Source: Balanoglossus misakiensis (taxonomy: Eukaryota > Animalia > Hemichordata). Taken from it: DNA of 64,000 nt. Numbering within the stretch: the first letter of the stretch is position 1; every line of letters begins with the position of its first letter. The translations under genes were made by a program, and so were the position numbers. Shown in pieces: positions 26,325 to 41,300 of the stretch. The notes below the pieces were generated by a model. The model was not told the origin of the DNA. It saw nothing but the letters and a program-made list of their open reading frames with translations, and searched no databases. The stretch is from NCBI GenBank assembly GCA_040954595.2, contig CM082585.2:696814-760813 (forward strand). The letters are read 5' to 3'.

Positions 26325-29300
26325 ATTGACCCACAAATCACTCAAAATTAATAGGCAGGATACTGTCCACTCTGGCCTGGTTACTGTCTGGCCTGGTTAA
26401 TGTTGACGCAAAGGTTGACCCTACCAAACACTCAAAATTAATGGGCACGACACTGGCCACTCTGGCCTGGTTAATGTTGACGCAAAGGTTGACCCCACCA
26501 AACACTCAAAATTAATGGGCAGCATACTGTCCACTATGGCCTGGTTACTGTGTGCTCTGGTTAATGTTGACGCAAAGGTTGACCCCACCAAACACTCAAA
26601 ATTAATGGGCACGACACTGGCCTCTCTGGCCTGGTTAATGTTGACGCAAAGGTTGACCCCACCAAACACTCAAAATTAATGGGCAGCATACTGTCCACTA
26701 TGGCCTGGTTACTGTGTGCTCTGGTTAATGTTGACGCAAAGGTTGACCCCACCAAACACTCAAAATTAATGGGCACGACACTGGCCTCTCTGGCCTGGTT
26801 AATGTTGACGCAAAGGTTGACCCCACCAAACACTCAAAATTAATGGGCAGCATACTGTCCACTCTGGCCTGGTTACTGTGTGCTCTGGTTAATGTTGACG
26901 CAAAGGTTGACCCCACCAAACACTCAAAATTAATGGGCAGCATACTGTCCACTCTGGCCTGGTTACTGTGTGCTCTGGATATTGTTGACGTACAGGTTGA
27001 CCCCACCAAACACTCAAAATTAATGGGCAGCATACTGTCCACTCTGGCCTGGTCACTGTGTGCTCTGGTTAATGTTGACGCAAAGGTTGACCCCACCAAA
27101 CACTCAAAATTAATGGGCAGCATACTGTCCACTCTGGCCTGGTCACTGTGTGCTCTGGTTAATGTTGACGCAAAGGTTGACCCCACCAAACACTCAAACA
27201 TAATGGGCAGCATACTGTCCACTCTGGCCTGGTTACTGTGTGCTCTGGTTAATGTTGACGAAAAAGTTGACCCCACCAAACACTCAAAATTAATGGGCAG
27301 CATACTGTCCACTCTGGCCTGGTTACTGTGTGCTCTGGTTAATGTTGACGCAAAGGTTGACCCCACCAAACACTCAAAATTAATGGGCAGCATACTGTCC
27401 ACTCTGGCCTGGTTACTGTGTGCTCTGGTTAATGTTGACGTACAGGTTGACCCCACCAAACACTCAAAATTAATGGGCAGCACACTGTCCACTACGGCCT
27501 GGTTACTGTGTGCTCTGGTTAATGTTGACGCAAAGGTTGACCCCACCAAACACTCAAAATTAATGGGCAGCATACTGTCCACTATGGCCTGGTTACTGTG
27601 TGCTCTGGTTAATGTTGACGCAAAGGTTGACCCCACCAAACACTCACAATTAATGGGCAGCATACTGTCCACTATGGCCTGGTTACTGTGTGCTCTGGTT
27701 AATGTTGACGCAAAGGTTGACCCCACCATACACTCAAAATTAATGGGCAGCATACTGTCCTATATGGCCTGGTTACTGTGTGCTCTGGTTAATGTTGACG
27801 CAAAGGTTGACCCCACCAAACACTCAAAAGTAATGGGCAGCACACTGTCAACTACGGCCTGGTTACTGTGTGCTCTGGTGAATGTTAACGCAAAGGTTGA
27901 CCCCACCAAACACTCAAAATTAATGGGCAGCATACTGTCCACTATGGCCTGGTTACTGTGTGCTCTGGTTAATGTTGACGCAAAGGTTGACCCCACCAAA
28001 CACTCAAAATTAATGGGCAGCATACTGTCCACTATGGCCTGGTTACTGTGTGCTCTGGTTAATGTTGACGCAAAGGTTGACCCCACCAAACACTCAAAAT
28101 TAATGGGCAGCACACTGTCCACTACGGCCTGGTTACTGTGTGCTCTGGTTAATGTTGACACAAAGGTTGACCCCACCAAACACTCAAAATTAATGGGCAG
28201 AACACTGTCCACTATGGCCTGGTTACTGTGTGCTCTGGTTAATGTTGACGCAAAGGTTGACCCCACCAAACACTCAAAATTAATGGGCAGGATACTGGCC
28301 ACTCTGGCCTAGTTAATGTTGACGCAAAGGTTGACCCCCACCAAACACTCAAAATTAATGGGCACGATACTGGCCACTCTGGCCTAGTTAATGTTGACGC
28401 AAAGGTTGACCCCACCAAACACTCAAAATTAATGGGCACCACACTGGCCACTCTGGCCTGGTTAATGTTGACGCAAAGGTTGACCCCATCAAACCCTCAA
28501 AATTAATGGGCAGCATACTGTCCATTCTGGCCTGGTTACTGTGTGCTCTGGTTAATGTTGACGCAAAGGTTGACCCCACCAAACACTCAAAATTAATGGG
28601 CAGCATACTGTCCACTCTGGCCTGGTTACTGTGTGCTCTGGTTAATGTTGACGCAAAGGTTGACCCCACCAAACACTCAAAATTAATGGGCAGCATACTG
28701 TCCACTCTGGCCTGGTTACTGTGTGCTCTGGTTAATGTTGACGCAAAGGTTGACCCCACCAAACACTCAAAATTAATTGGCAGCATACTGTCCACTCTGG
28801 CCTGGTTACTGTGTGCTCTGGTTAATGTTGACGCAAAGGTTGACCCCACCAAACACTCAAAATTAATGGGCAGCATACTGTCCACTCTGGCCTGGTTACT
28901 GTGTGCTCTGGTTAATGTTGACGTACAGGTTGACCCCACCAACCACTCAAAATTAATGGGCAGCATACTGTCCACTATGGCCTGGTTACTGTGTGCTCTG
29001 GTTAATGTTGACGCAAAGGTTGACCCCACCAAACACTCAAAATTAATGGGCAGCATACTGTCCACTATGGCCTGGTTACTGTGTGCTCTGGTTAATGTTG
29101 ACGCAAAGGTTGACCCCACCAAACACTCAAAATTAATTGGCAGCATACTGTCCACTATGGCCTGGTTACTGTGTGCTCTGGTTAATGTTGACGCAAAGGT
29201 TGACCCCACCAAACACTCAAAATTAATGGGCAGCATACTGTCCACTCTGGCCTGGTTACTGTGTGCTCTGGTTAATGTTGACGAAAAAGTTGATCCCACC

Positions 29301-32300
29301 AAACACTCAAAATTAATGGGCAGCATACTGTCCACTCTGGCCTGGTTACTGTGTGCTCTGGTTAATGTTGACGCAAAGGTTGACCCCACCAAACACTCAA
29401 AATTAATGGGCAGCATACTGTCCACTCTGGCCTGGTTACTGTGTGCTCTGGTTAATGTTGACGTACAGGTTGACCCCACCAAACACTCAAAATTAATGGG
29501 CAGCACACTGTCCACTACGGCCTGGTTACTGTGTGCTCTGGTGAATGTTAACGCAAAGGTTGACCCCACCAAACACTCAAAATTAATGGGCAGCACACTG
29601 GCCACTACGGCCTGGTTACTGTGTGCTCTGGTTAATGTTGACGCAAAGGTTGACCCCACCAAACACTCAAAATTAATGGGCAGCATACTGTCCACTATGG
29701 CCTGGTTACTGTGTGCTCTGGTTAATGTTGACGCAAAGGTTGACCCCACCAAACACTCACAATTAATGGGCAGCATACTGTCCACTATGGCCTGGTTACT
29801 GTGTGCTCTGGTTAATGTTGACGCAAAGGTTGACCCCACCATACACTCAAAATTAATGGGCAGCATACTGTCCTATATGGCCTGGTTACTGTGTGCTCTG
29901 GTTAATGTTGACGCAAAGGTTGACCCCACCAAACACTCAAAAGTAATGGGCAGCACACTGTCAACTACGGCCTGGTTACTGTGTGCTCTGGTGAATGTTA
30001 ACGCAAAGGTTGACCCCACCAAACACTCAAAATTAATGGGCAGCATACTGTCCACTATGGCCTGGTTACTGTGTGCTCTGGTTAATGTTGACGCAAAGGT
30101 TGACCCCACCAAACACTCAAAATTAATGGGCAGCATACTGTCCACTATGGCCTGGTTACTGTGTGCTCTGGTTAATGTTGACGTAAAGGTTGACCCCACC
30201 AAACACTCAAAATTAATGGGCAGCACACTGTCCACTACGGCCTGGTTACTGTGTGCTCTGGTTAATGTTGACACAAAGGTTGACCCCACCAAACACTCAA
30301 AATTAATGGGCAGAACACTGTCCACTATGGCCTGGTTACTGTGTGCTCTGGTTAATGTTGACGCAAAGGTTGACCCCACCAAACACTCAAAATTAATGGG
30401 CAGGATACTGGCCACTCTGGCCTAGTTAATGTTGACGCAAAGGTTGACCCCCACCAAACACTCAAAATTAATGGGCACGATACTGGCCACTCTGGCCTAG
30501 TTAATGTTGACGCAAAGGTTGACCCCACCAAACACTCAAAATTAATGGGCACCACAGTGGCCACTCTGGCCTGGTTAATGTTGACGCAAAGGTTGACCCC
30601 ATCAAACCCTCAAAATTAATGGGCAGCATACTGTCCACTCTGGCCTGGTTACTGTGTGCTCTGGTTAATGTTGACGCAAAGGTTGACCCCACCAAACACT
30701 CAAAATTAATGGGCAGCATACTGTCCACTCTGGCCTGGTTACTGTGTGCTCTGGTTAATGTTGACGCAAAGGTTGACCCCACCAAACACTCAAAATTAAT
30801 GGGCAGCATACTGTCCACTCTGGCCCGGTTACTGTGTGCTCTGGTTAATGTTGACGCAAAGGTTGACCCCACCAAACACTCAAAATTAATTGGCAGCATA
30901 CTGTCCACTCTGGCCTGGTTACTGTGTGCTCTGGTTAATGTTGACGCAAAGGTTGACCCCACCAAACACTCAAAATTAATGGGCAGCATACTGTCCACTC
31001 TGGCCTGGTTACTGTGTGCTCTGGTTAATGTTGACGTACAGGTTGACCCCACCAACCACTCAAAATTAATGGGCAGCATACTGTCCACTATGGCCTGGTT
31101 ACTGTGTGCTCTGGTTAATGTTGACGCAAAGGTTGACCCCACCAAACACTCAAAATTAATTGGCAGCATACTGTCCACTATGGCCTGGTTACTGTGTGCT
31201 CTGGTTAATGTTGACGCAAAGGTTGACCCCACCAAACACTCAAATTTAATGGGCAGCATACTGTCCACTCTGGCCTGGTTACTGTGTGCTCTGGTTAATG
31301 TTGACGTACAGGTTGACCCCACCAACCACTCAAAATTAATGGGCAGCATACTGTCCACTATGGCCTGGTTACTGTGTGCTCTGGTTAATGTTGACGCAAA
31401 GGTTGACCCCACCAAACACTCAAAATTAATGGGCAGCATACTGTCCACTATGGCCTGGTTACTGTGTGCTCTGGTTAATGTTGACGCAAAGGTTGACCCC
31501 ACCAAACACTCAAAATTAATGGGCAGCACACTGTCCACTATGGCCTGGTTACTGTGTGCTCTGGTTAATGTTGACGCAAAGGTTGACCCCACCAAACACT
31601 CAAAATTAATGGGCAGAACACTGTCCACTATGGCCTGGTTACTGTGTGCTCTGGTTAATGTTGACGCAAAGGTTGACCCCACCAAACACTCAAAATTAAT
31701 GGGCAGAACACTGTCCACTATGGCCTGGTTACTGTGTGCTCTGGTTAATGTTGACGCAAAGGTTGACCCCACCAAACACTCAAAATTAATGGGCAGAACA
31801 CTGTCCACTATGGCCTGGTTACTGTGTGCTCTGGTTAATGTTGACGCAAAGGTTGACCCCACCAAACACTCAAAATTAATGGGCAGAACACTGTCCACTA
31901 TGGCCTGGTTACTGTGTGCTCTGGTTAATGTTGACGCAAAGGTTGACCCCACCAAACACTCAAAATTAATGGGCAGGATACTGGCCACTCTTGCCTAGTT
32001 AATGTTGACGCAAAGGTTGACCCCCACCAAACACTCAAAATTAATGGGCACGATACTGGCCACTCTGGCCTAGTTAATGTTGACGCAAAGGTTGACCCCA
32101 CCAAACACTCAAAATTAATGGGCACGACACTGGCCACTCTGGCATGGTTAATGTTGACGCAAAGGTTGACCCCACCAAACCCTCAAAATTAATTGGCAGC
32201 ACACTGTCCACTATGGCCTGGTTACTGTGTGCTCTGGTTAATGTTGACGCAAAGGTTGACCCCACCAAACACTCAAAATTAATGGGCAGAACACTGTCCA

Positions 32301-35300
32301 CTATGGCCTGGTTACTGTGTGCTCTGGTTAATGTTGACGCAAAGGTTGACCCCACCAAACACTCAAAATTAATGGGCAGAACACTGTCCACTATGGCCTG
32401 GTTACTGTGTGCTCTGGTTAATGTTGACGCAAAGGTTGACCCCACCAAACACTCAAAATTAATGGGCAGCATACTGTCCACTATGGCCTGGTTACTGTGT
32501 GCACTGGTTAATGTTGACGCAAAGGTTGACCCCACCAAACACTCAAAATTAATGGGCAGCACACTGTCCACTATGGCCTGGTTACTGTGTGCTCTGGTTA
32601 ATGTTGATGCAAAGGTTGACCCCACCAAACACTCACAATTAATGGGCAGCATACTGTCCACTATGGCCTGGTTACTGTGTGCTCTGGTTAATGTTGACGC
32701 AAAGGTTGACCCCACCAAACACTCAAAATTAATGGGCAGCACACTGTCCACTATGGCCTGGTTACTGTGTGCTCTGGTTAATGTTGACGCAAAGGTTGAC
32801 CCCACCAAACACTCAAAATTAATGGGCAGAACACTGTCCACTATGGCCTGGTTACTGTGTGCTCTGGTTAATGTTGACGCAAAGGTTGACCCCACCAAAC
32901 ACTCAAAATTAATGGGCAGAACACTGTCCACTATGGCCTGGTTACTGTGTGCTCTGGTTAATGTTGATGCAAAGGTTGACCCTACCAAACACTCAAAATT
33001 AATGGGCAGGATACTGGCCACTCTTGCCTAGTTAATGTTGACGCAAAGGTTGACCCCCACTAAACACTCAAAATTAATGGGCACGATACTGGCCACTCTG
33101 GCCTAGTTAATGTTGACGCAAAGGTTGACCCCACCAAACACTCAAAATTAATGGGCACGACACTGGCCACTCTGGCATGGTTAATGTTGACGCAAAGGTT
33201 GACCCCACCAAACCCTCAAAATTAATTGGCAGCACACTGTCCACTATGGCCTGGTTACTGTGTGCTCTGGTTAATGTTGACGCAAAGGTTGACCCCACCA
33301 AACACTCAAAATTAATGGGCAGCATACTGTCCACTCTGGCCTGGTTACTGTGTGCTCTGGTTAATGTTGACGCAAAGGTTGACCCCACCAAACACTCAAA
33401 ATTAATGGGCAGAACACTGTCCACTATGGCCTGGTTACTGTGTGCTCTGGTTAATGTTGACGCAAAGGTTGACCCCACCAAACACTCAAAATTAATGGGC
33501 AGCATACTGTCCACTATGGCCTGGTTACTGTGTGCTCTGGTTAATGTTGACGCAAAGGTTGACCCCACCAAACACTCAAAATAAATGGGCAGCACACTGT
33601 CCACTATGGCCTGGTTACTGTGTGCTCTGGTTAATGTTGACGCAAAGGTTGACCCCACCAAACACTCAAAATTAATGGGCAGAACACTGTCCACTATGGC
33701 CTGGTTACTGTGTGCTCTGGTTAATGTTGACGCAAAGGTTGACCCCACCAAACACTCAAAATTAATGGGCAGAACACTGTCCACTATGGCCTGGTTACTG
33801 TGTGCTCTGGTTAATGTTGACGCAAAGGTTGACCCCACCAAACACTCCAAATTAATGGGCAGGATACTGGCCACTCTTGCCTAGTTAATGTTGACGCAAA
33901 GGTTGACCCCCACCAAACACTCAAAATTAATGGGCACGATACTGGCCACTCTGGCCTAGTTAATGTTGACGCAAAGGTTGACCCCACCAAACACTCAAAA
34001 TTAATGGGCACGACACTGGCCACTCTGGCATGGTTAATGTTGACGCAAAGGTTGACCCCACCAAACCCTCAAAATTAATGGGCAGCACACTGTCCACTAT
34101 GGCCTGGTTACTGTGTGCTCTGGTTAATGTTGACGCAAAGGTTGACCCCACCAAACACTCAAAATTAATGGGCAGAACACTGTCCACTATGGCCTGGTTA
34201 CTGTGTGCTCTGGTTAATGTTGACGCAAAGGTTGACCCCACCAAACACTCAAAATTAATGGGCAGAACACTGTCCACTATGGCCTGGTTACTGTGTGCTC
34301 TGGTTAATGTTGACGCAAAGGTTGACCCCACCAAACACTCAAAATTAATGGGCAGGATACTGGCCACTCTTGCCTAGTTAATGTTGACGCAAAGGTTGAC
34401 CCCCACCAAACACTCAAAATTAATGGGCACGATACTGGCCACTCTGGCCTAGTTACTGTGTGCTCTGGTTAATGTTGACGCAAAGGTTGACCCCACCAAA
34501 CACTCAAAATTAATGGGCAGAACACTGTCCACTATGGCCTGGTTACTGTGTGCTCTGGTTAATGTTGACGCAAAGGTTGACCCCACCAAACACTCAAAAT
34601 TAATGGGCAGCATACTGTCCACTATGGCCTGGTTACTGTGTGCACTGGTTAATGTTGACGCAAAGGTTGACCCCACCAAACACTCAAAATTAATGGGCAG
34701 CACACTGTCCACTATGGCCTGGTTACTGTGTGCTCTGGTTAATGTTGATGCAAAGGTTGACCCCACCAAACACTCACAATTAATGGGCAGCATACTGTCC
34801 ACTATGGCCTGGTTACTGTGTGCTCTGGTTAATGTTGACGCAAAGGTTGACCCCACCAAACACTCAAAATTAATGGGCAGCACACTGTCCACTATGGCCT
34901 GGTTACTGTGTGCTCTGGTTAATGTTGACGCAAAGGTTGACCCCACCAAACACTCAAAATTAATGGGCAGAACACTGTCCACTATGGCCTGGTTACTGTG
35001 TGCTCTGGTTAATGTTGACGCAAAGGTTGACCCCACCAAACACTCAAAATTAATGGGCAGAACACTGTCCACTATGGCCTGGTTACTGTGTGCTCTGGTT
35101 AATGTTGATGCAAAGGTTGACCCTACCAAACACTCAAAATTAATGGGCAGGATACTGGCCACTCTTGCCTAGTTAATGTTGACGCAAAGGTTGACCCCCA
35201 CTAAACACTCAAAATTAATGGGCACGATACTGGCCACTCTGGCCTAGTTAATGTTGACGCAAAGGTTGACCCCACCAAACACTCAAAATTAATGGGCACG

Positions 35301-38300
35301 ACACTGGCCACTCTGGCATGGTTAATGTTGACGCAAAGGTTGACCCCACCAAACCCTCAAAATTAATTGGCAGCACACTGTCCACTATGGCCTGGTTACT
35401 GTGTGCTCTGGTTAATGTTGACGCAAAGGTTGACCCCACCAAACACTCAAAATTAATGGGCAGAACACTGTCCACTATGGCCTGGTTACTGTGTGCTCTG
35501 GTTAATGTTGACGCAAAGGTTGACCCCACCAAACACTCAAAATTAATGGGCAGAACACTGTCCACTATGGCCTGGTTACTGTGTGCTCTGGTTAATGTTG
35601 ACGCAAAGGTTGACCCCACCAAACACTCAAAATTAATGGGCAGCATACTGTCCACTATGGCCTGGTTACTGTGTGCTCTGGTTAATGTTGACGCAAAGGT
35701 TGACCCCACCAAACACTCAAAATAAATGGGCAGCACACTGTCCACTATGGCCTGGTTACTGTGTGCTCTGGTTAATGTTGACGCAAAGGTTGACCCCACC
35801 AAACACTCAAAATTAATGGGCAGAACACTGTCCACTATGGCCTGGTTACTGTGTGCTCTGGTTAATGTTGACGCAAAGGTTGACCCCACCAAACACTCCA
35901 AATTAATGGGCAGGATACTGGCCACTCTTGCCTAGTTAATGTTGACGCAAAGGTTGACCCCCACCAAACACTCAAAATTAATGGGCACGATACTGGCCAC
36001 TCTGGCCTAGTTAATGTTGACGCAAAGGTTGACCCCACCAAACACTCAAAATTAATGGGCACGACACTGGCCACTCTGGCATGGTTAATGTTGACGCAAA
36101 GGTTGACCCCACCAAACCCTCAAAATTAATGGGCAGCACACTGTCCACTATGGCCTGGTTACTGTGTGCTCTGGTTAATGTTGACGCAAAGGTTGACCCC
36201 ACCAAACACTCAAAATTAATGGGCAGAACACTGTCCACTATGGCCTGGTTACTGTGTGCTCTGGTTAATGTTGACGCAAAGGTTGACCCCACCAAACACT
36301 CAAAATTAATGGGCAGAACACTGTCCACTATGGCCTGGTTACTGTGTGCTCTGGTTAATGTTGACGCAAAGGTTGACCCCACCAAACACTCAAAATTAAT
36401 GGGCAGGATACTGGCCACTCTTGCCTAGTTAATGTTGACGCAAAGGTTGACCCCCACCAAACACTCAAAATTAATGGGCACGATACTGGCCACTCTGGCC
36501 TAGTTAATGTTGACGCAAAGGTTGACCCCACCAAACACTCAAAATTAATGGGCACGACACTGGCCACTCTGGCCTGGTTAATGTTGACGCAAAGGTTGAC
36601 CCCACCAAACCCTCAAAATTAATGGGCAGCACACTGTCCACTATGGCCTGGTTACTGTGTGCTCTGGTTAATGTTGACGCAAAGGTTGACCCCACCAAAC
36701 ACTCAAAATTAATGGGCTGTGCTCTGGTTAATGTTGACGCAAAGGTTGACCCCACCAAACACTCAAAATTAATGGGCAGCACACTGTCCACTATGGCCTG
36801 GTTACTGTGTGCTCTGGTTAATGTTGACGCAAAGGTTGACCCCACCAAACACTCAAAATTAATGGGCAGCACACTGTCCACTATGGCCTGGTTACTGTGT
36901 GCTCTGGTTAATGTTGACGCAAAGGTTGACTCCACCAAACACTCTAAATTAATGGGCAGCACACTGTCCACTATGGCCTGGTTACTGTGTGCTCTGGTTA
37001 ATGTTGACGCAAAGGTTGACCCCACCAAACACTCAAAATTAATGGGCAGCACACTGTCCACTATGGCCTAGTTACTGTGTGCTCTGGTTAATGTTGACGC
37101 AAAGGTTGACCCCACCAAACACTCAAAATTAATGGGCAGCACACTGTCCACTATGGCCTGGTTACTGTGTGCTCTGGTTAATGTTGACGCAAAGGTTGAC
37201 CCCACCAAACACTCAAAATTAATGGGCAGCACACTGTCCACTATGGCCTGGTTACTGTGTGCTCTGGTTAATGTTGACGCAAAGGTTGACCCCACCAAAC
37301 ACTCAAAATTAATGGGCAGCACACTGTCCACTATGGCCTGGTTACTGTGTGCTCTGGTTAATGTTGACGCAAAGGTTGACCCCACCAAACACTCAAAATA
37401 AATGGGCAGCACACTGTCCACTATGGCCTGGTTACTGTGTGCTCTGGTTAATGTTGACGCAAAGGTTGACCCCACCAAACACTCAAAATTAATGGGCAGC
37501 ACACTGTCCACTATGGCCTGGTTACTGTGTGCTCTGGTTAATGTTGACGCAAAGGTTGACCCCACCAAACACTCAAAATTAATGGGCAGCACACTGTCCA
37601 CTATGGCCTGGTTACTGTGTGCTCTGGTTAATGTTGACGCAAAGGTTGACCCCACCAAACACTCAAAATTAATGGGCAGCACACTGTCCACTATGGCCTG
37701 GTTACTGTGTGCTCTGGTTAATGTTGACGCAAAGGTTGACCCCACCAAACACTCGAAATTAATGGGCAGCACACTGTCCACTATGGCCTGGTTACTGTGT
37801 GCTCTGGTTAATGTTGACGCAAAGGTTGACCCCACCAAACACTCGAAATTAATGGGCAGCACACTGTCCACTATGGCCTGGTTACTGTGTGCTCTGGTTA
37901 ATGTTGACGCAAAGGTTGACCCCACCAAACACTCGAAATTAATGGGCAGCACACTGTCCACTATGGCCTGGTTACTGTGTGCTCTGGTTAATGTTGACGC
38001 AAAGGTTGACCCCACCAAACATTCGAAATTAATGGGCAGCACACTATCCACTATGGCCTGGTTACTGTGTGCTCTGGTTAATGTTGACGCAAAGGTTGAC
38101 CCCACCAAACACTCAAAATTAATGGGCAGCACACTGTCCACTCTGGCCTGGTTACTGTGTTTTCTGGTTAATGTTGACGCAAAGGTTGACCCCACCAAAC
38201 ACTCAAAATTAATGGGCAGCACACTGTCCACTATGGCCTGGTTACTGTGTGCTCTGGTTAATGTTGACGCAAAGGTTGACCCCACCAAACACTCAAAATT

Positions 38301-41300
38301 AATGGGCTGTGCTCTGGTTAATGTTGACGCAAAGGTTGACCCCACTGTGTTCTCTGGTTAATGTTGACGCAAAGGTTGATCCCACGAAACACTCAAAATT
38401 AATGGGCAGCATACTGTCCACTCTGGCCTGGTTACTGTGTGCTCTGGTTTATGTTGACGCAAAGGTTGACCCCACCAAACACTCAAAATTAATGGGCAGC
38501 ATACTGTCCACTCTGGCCTGGTTACTGTGTGCTCTGGTTAATGTTGACGCAAAGGTTGACCCCACCAAACACTCAAAATTAATGGGCAGCACACTGTCCA
38601 CTATGGCCTGGTTACTGTGTGCTCTGGTTAATGTTGACGCAAAGGTTGACCCCACCAAACACTCAAAATTAATGGGCTGTGCTCTGGTTAATGTTGACGC
38701 AAAGGTTGACCACACCAAACACTCAAAATTAATGGGCAGCACACTGTCCACTATGGCCTGGTTACTGTGTGCTCTGGTTAATGTTGACACAAAGGTTGAC
38801 CCCCACCAAACACTCAAAATTAATGGGCACGATACTGGCCACTATGGCCTGGTTACTGTGTGCTCTGGTTAATGTTGACGCAAAGGTTGACCCCACCAAA
38901 CACTCAAAATTAATGGGCAGCACACTGTCCACTATGGACTGGTTACTGTGTGCTCTGGTTAATGTTGACACAAAGGTTGACCCCACCACACACTCAACAT
39001 TAATGGGCAGCACACTGTCCACTCTGGCCTGGTTACTGTGTGCTCTGGTTAATGTTGACGGAAAGGTTGACCCCACCAAACACTCAAAATTAATGGGCAG
39101 CATACTGTCCACTCTGGCCTGGTTACTGTGTGCTCTGGTTAATGTTGACGGAAAGGTTGACCCCACCAAACACTCAAAATTAATGGGCAGCATACTGTCC
39201 ACTCTGGCCTGGTTACTGTGTGCTCTGGTTAATGTTGACGCAAAGGTTGACCCCACTGTGTACTCTGGTTAATGTTGACGCAAAGGTTGATCCCACCAAA
39301 CACTCAAAATTAATGGGCAGCATACTGTCCACTCTGGCCTGGTTACTGTGTGCTCTGGTTAATGTTGACGCAAAGGTTGACCCCACCAAACACTCAAAAT
39401 TAATGGGCAGCATACTGTCCACCCTGGCCTGGTTACTGTGTGCTCTGGTTAATGTTGACGCAAAGGTTGACCCCACCAAACACTCAAAATTAATGGGCAG
39501 CACACTGTCCACTATGGCCTGGTTACTGTGTGCTCTGGTTAATGTTGACGCAAAGGTTGACCCCACCAAACACTCAAAATTAATGGGTAGCATACTGTCC
39601 ACTCTGGCCTGGTTACTGTGTGCTCTGGTTAATGTTGACGCAAAGGTTGACCCCACCGAACACTCAAAATTAATGGGCAGCATACTGTCCACTCTGGCCT
39701 GGTTAATGTTGACGCAAAGGTTGACCCCATCAAGCACTCAAAATTAATGGGCAGCATACTGTCCACTATGGCCTGGTTACTGTGTGCTCTGGTTTATGTT
39801 GACGCAAAGGTTGACCCCACCAAACACTCAAAATTAATGGGCAGCACACTGTCCACTATGGCCTGGTTACTGTGTGCTCTGGTTAATGTTGACGCAAAGG
39901 TTGACCCCACCAAACACTCAAAATTAATGGGCAGCACACTGTCCACTATGGCCTGGTTACTGTGTGCTCTGGTTAATGTTGACGCAAAGGTTGACCCCAC
40001 CAAACACTCAAAATTAATGGGCAGCACACTGTCCACTATGGCCTGGTTACTGTGTGCTCTGGTTAATGTTGACGCAAAGGTTGACCCCACCAAACACTCA
40101 AAATTAATGGGCAGCACACTGTCCACTATGGCCTGGTTACTGTGTGCTCTGGTTAATGTTGACGGAAAGGTTGACCCCACCAAACACTCAACATTAATGG
40201 GCAGCACACTGTCCACTCTGGCCTGGTTACTGTGTGCTCTGGTTAATGTTGACGGAAAGGTTGACCCCACCAAACACTCAAAATTAATGGGCAGCATACT
40301 GTCCACTCTGGCCTGGTTACTGTGTGCTCTGGTTAATGTTGACGGAAAGGTTGACCCCACCAAACACTCAAAATTAATGGGCAGCATACTGTCCACTCTG
40401 GCCTGGTTACTGTGTGCTCTGGTTAATGTTGACGCAAAGGTTGACCCCACTGTGTACTCTGGTTAATGTTGACGCAAAGGTTGATCCCACCAAACACTCA
40501 AAATTAATGGGCAGCATACTGTCCACTCTGGCCTGGTTACTGTGTGCTCTGGTTAATGTTGACGCAAAGGTTGACCCCACCAAACACTCAAAATTAATGG
40601 GCAGCATACTGTACACTCTGGCCTGGTTACTGTGTGCTCTGGTTAATGTTGACGCAAAGGTTGACCCCACCAAACACTCAAAATTAATGGGCAGCACACT
40701 GTCCACTATGGCCTGGTTACTGTGTGCTCTGGTTAATGTTGACGCAAAGGTTGACCCCACCAAACACTCAAAATTAATGGGTAGCATACTGTCCACTCTG
40801 GCCTGGTTACTGTGTGCTCTGGTTAATGTTGACGCAAAGGTTGACCCGACCGAACACTCAAAATTAATGGGCAGCATACTGTCCACTCTGGCCTGGTTAA
40901 TGTTGACGCAAAGGTTGACCCCATCAAGCACTCAAAATTAATGGGCAGCATACTGTCCACTATGGCCTGGTTACTGTGTGCTCTGGTTTATGTTGACGCA
41001 AAGGTTGACCCCACCAAACACTCAAAATTAATGGGCAGCATACTGTCCACTCTGGCCTCGTTACTGTGTGCTCTGATTAATGTTGACGCAAAGGTTGACC
41101 CCACCAAACACTCAAAATTAAATGGCAGCATACTGTCCACTCTGGCCTGGTTACTGTGTGCTCTGGTTAATGTTGACGCAAAGGTTGACCCCACCAAACA
41201 CTCAAAATTAATGGGCAGCATACTGTCCACTCTGGCCTGGTTACTGTGTGCTCTGGTTAATGTTGACGCAAAGGTTGACCACACCAAACACTCAAAATTA

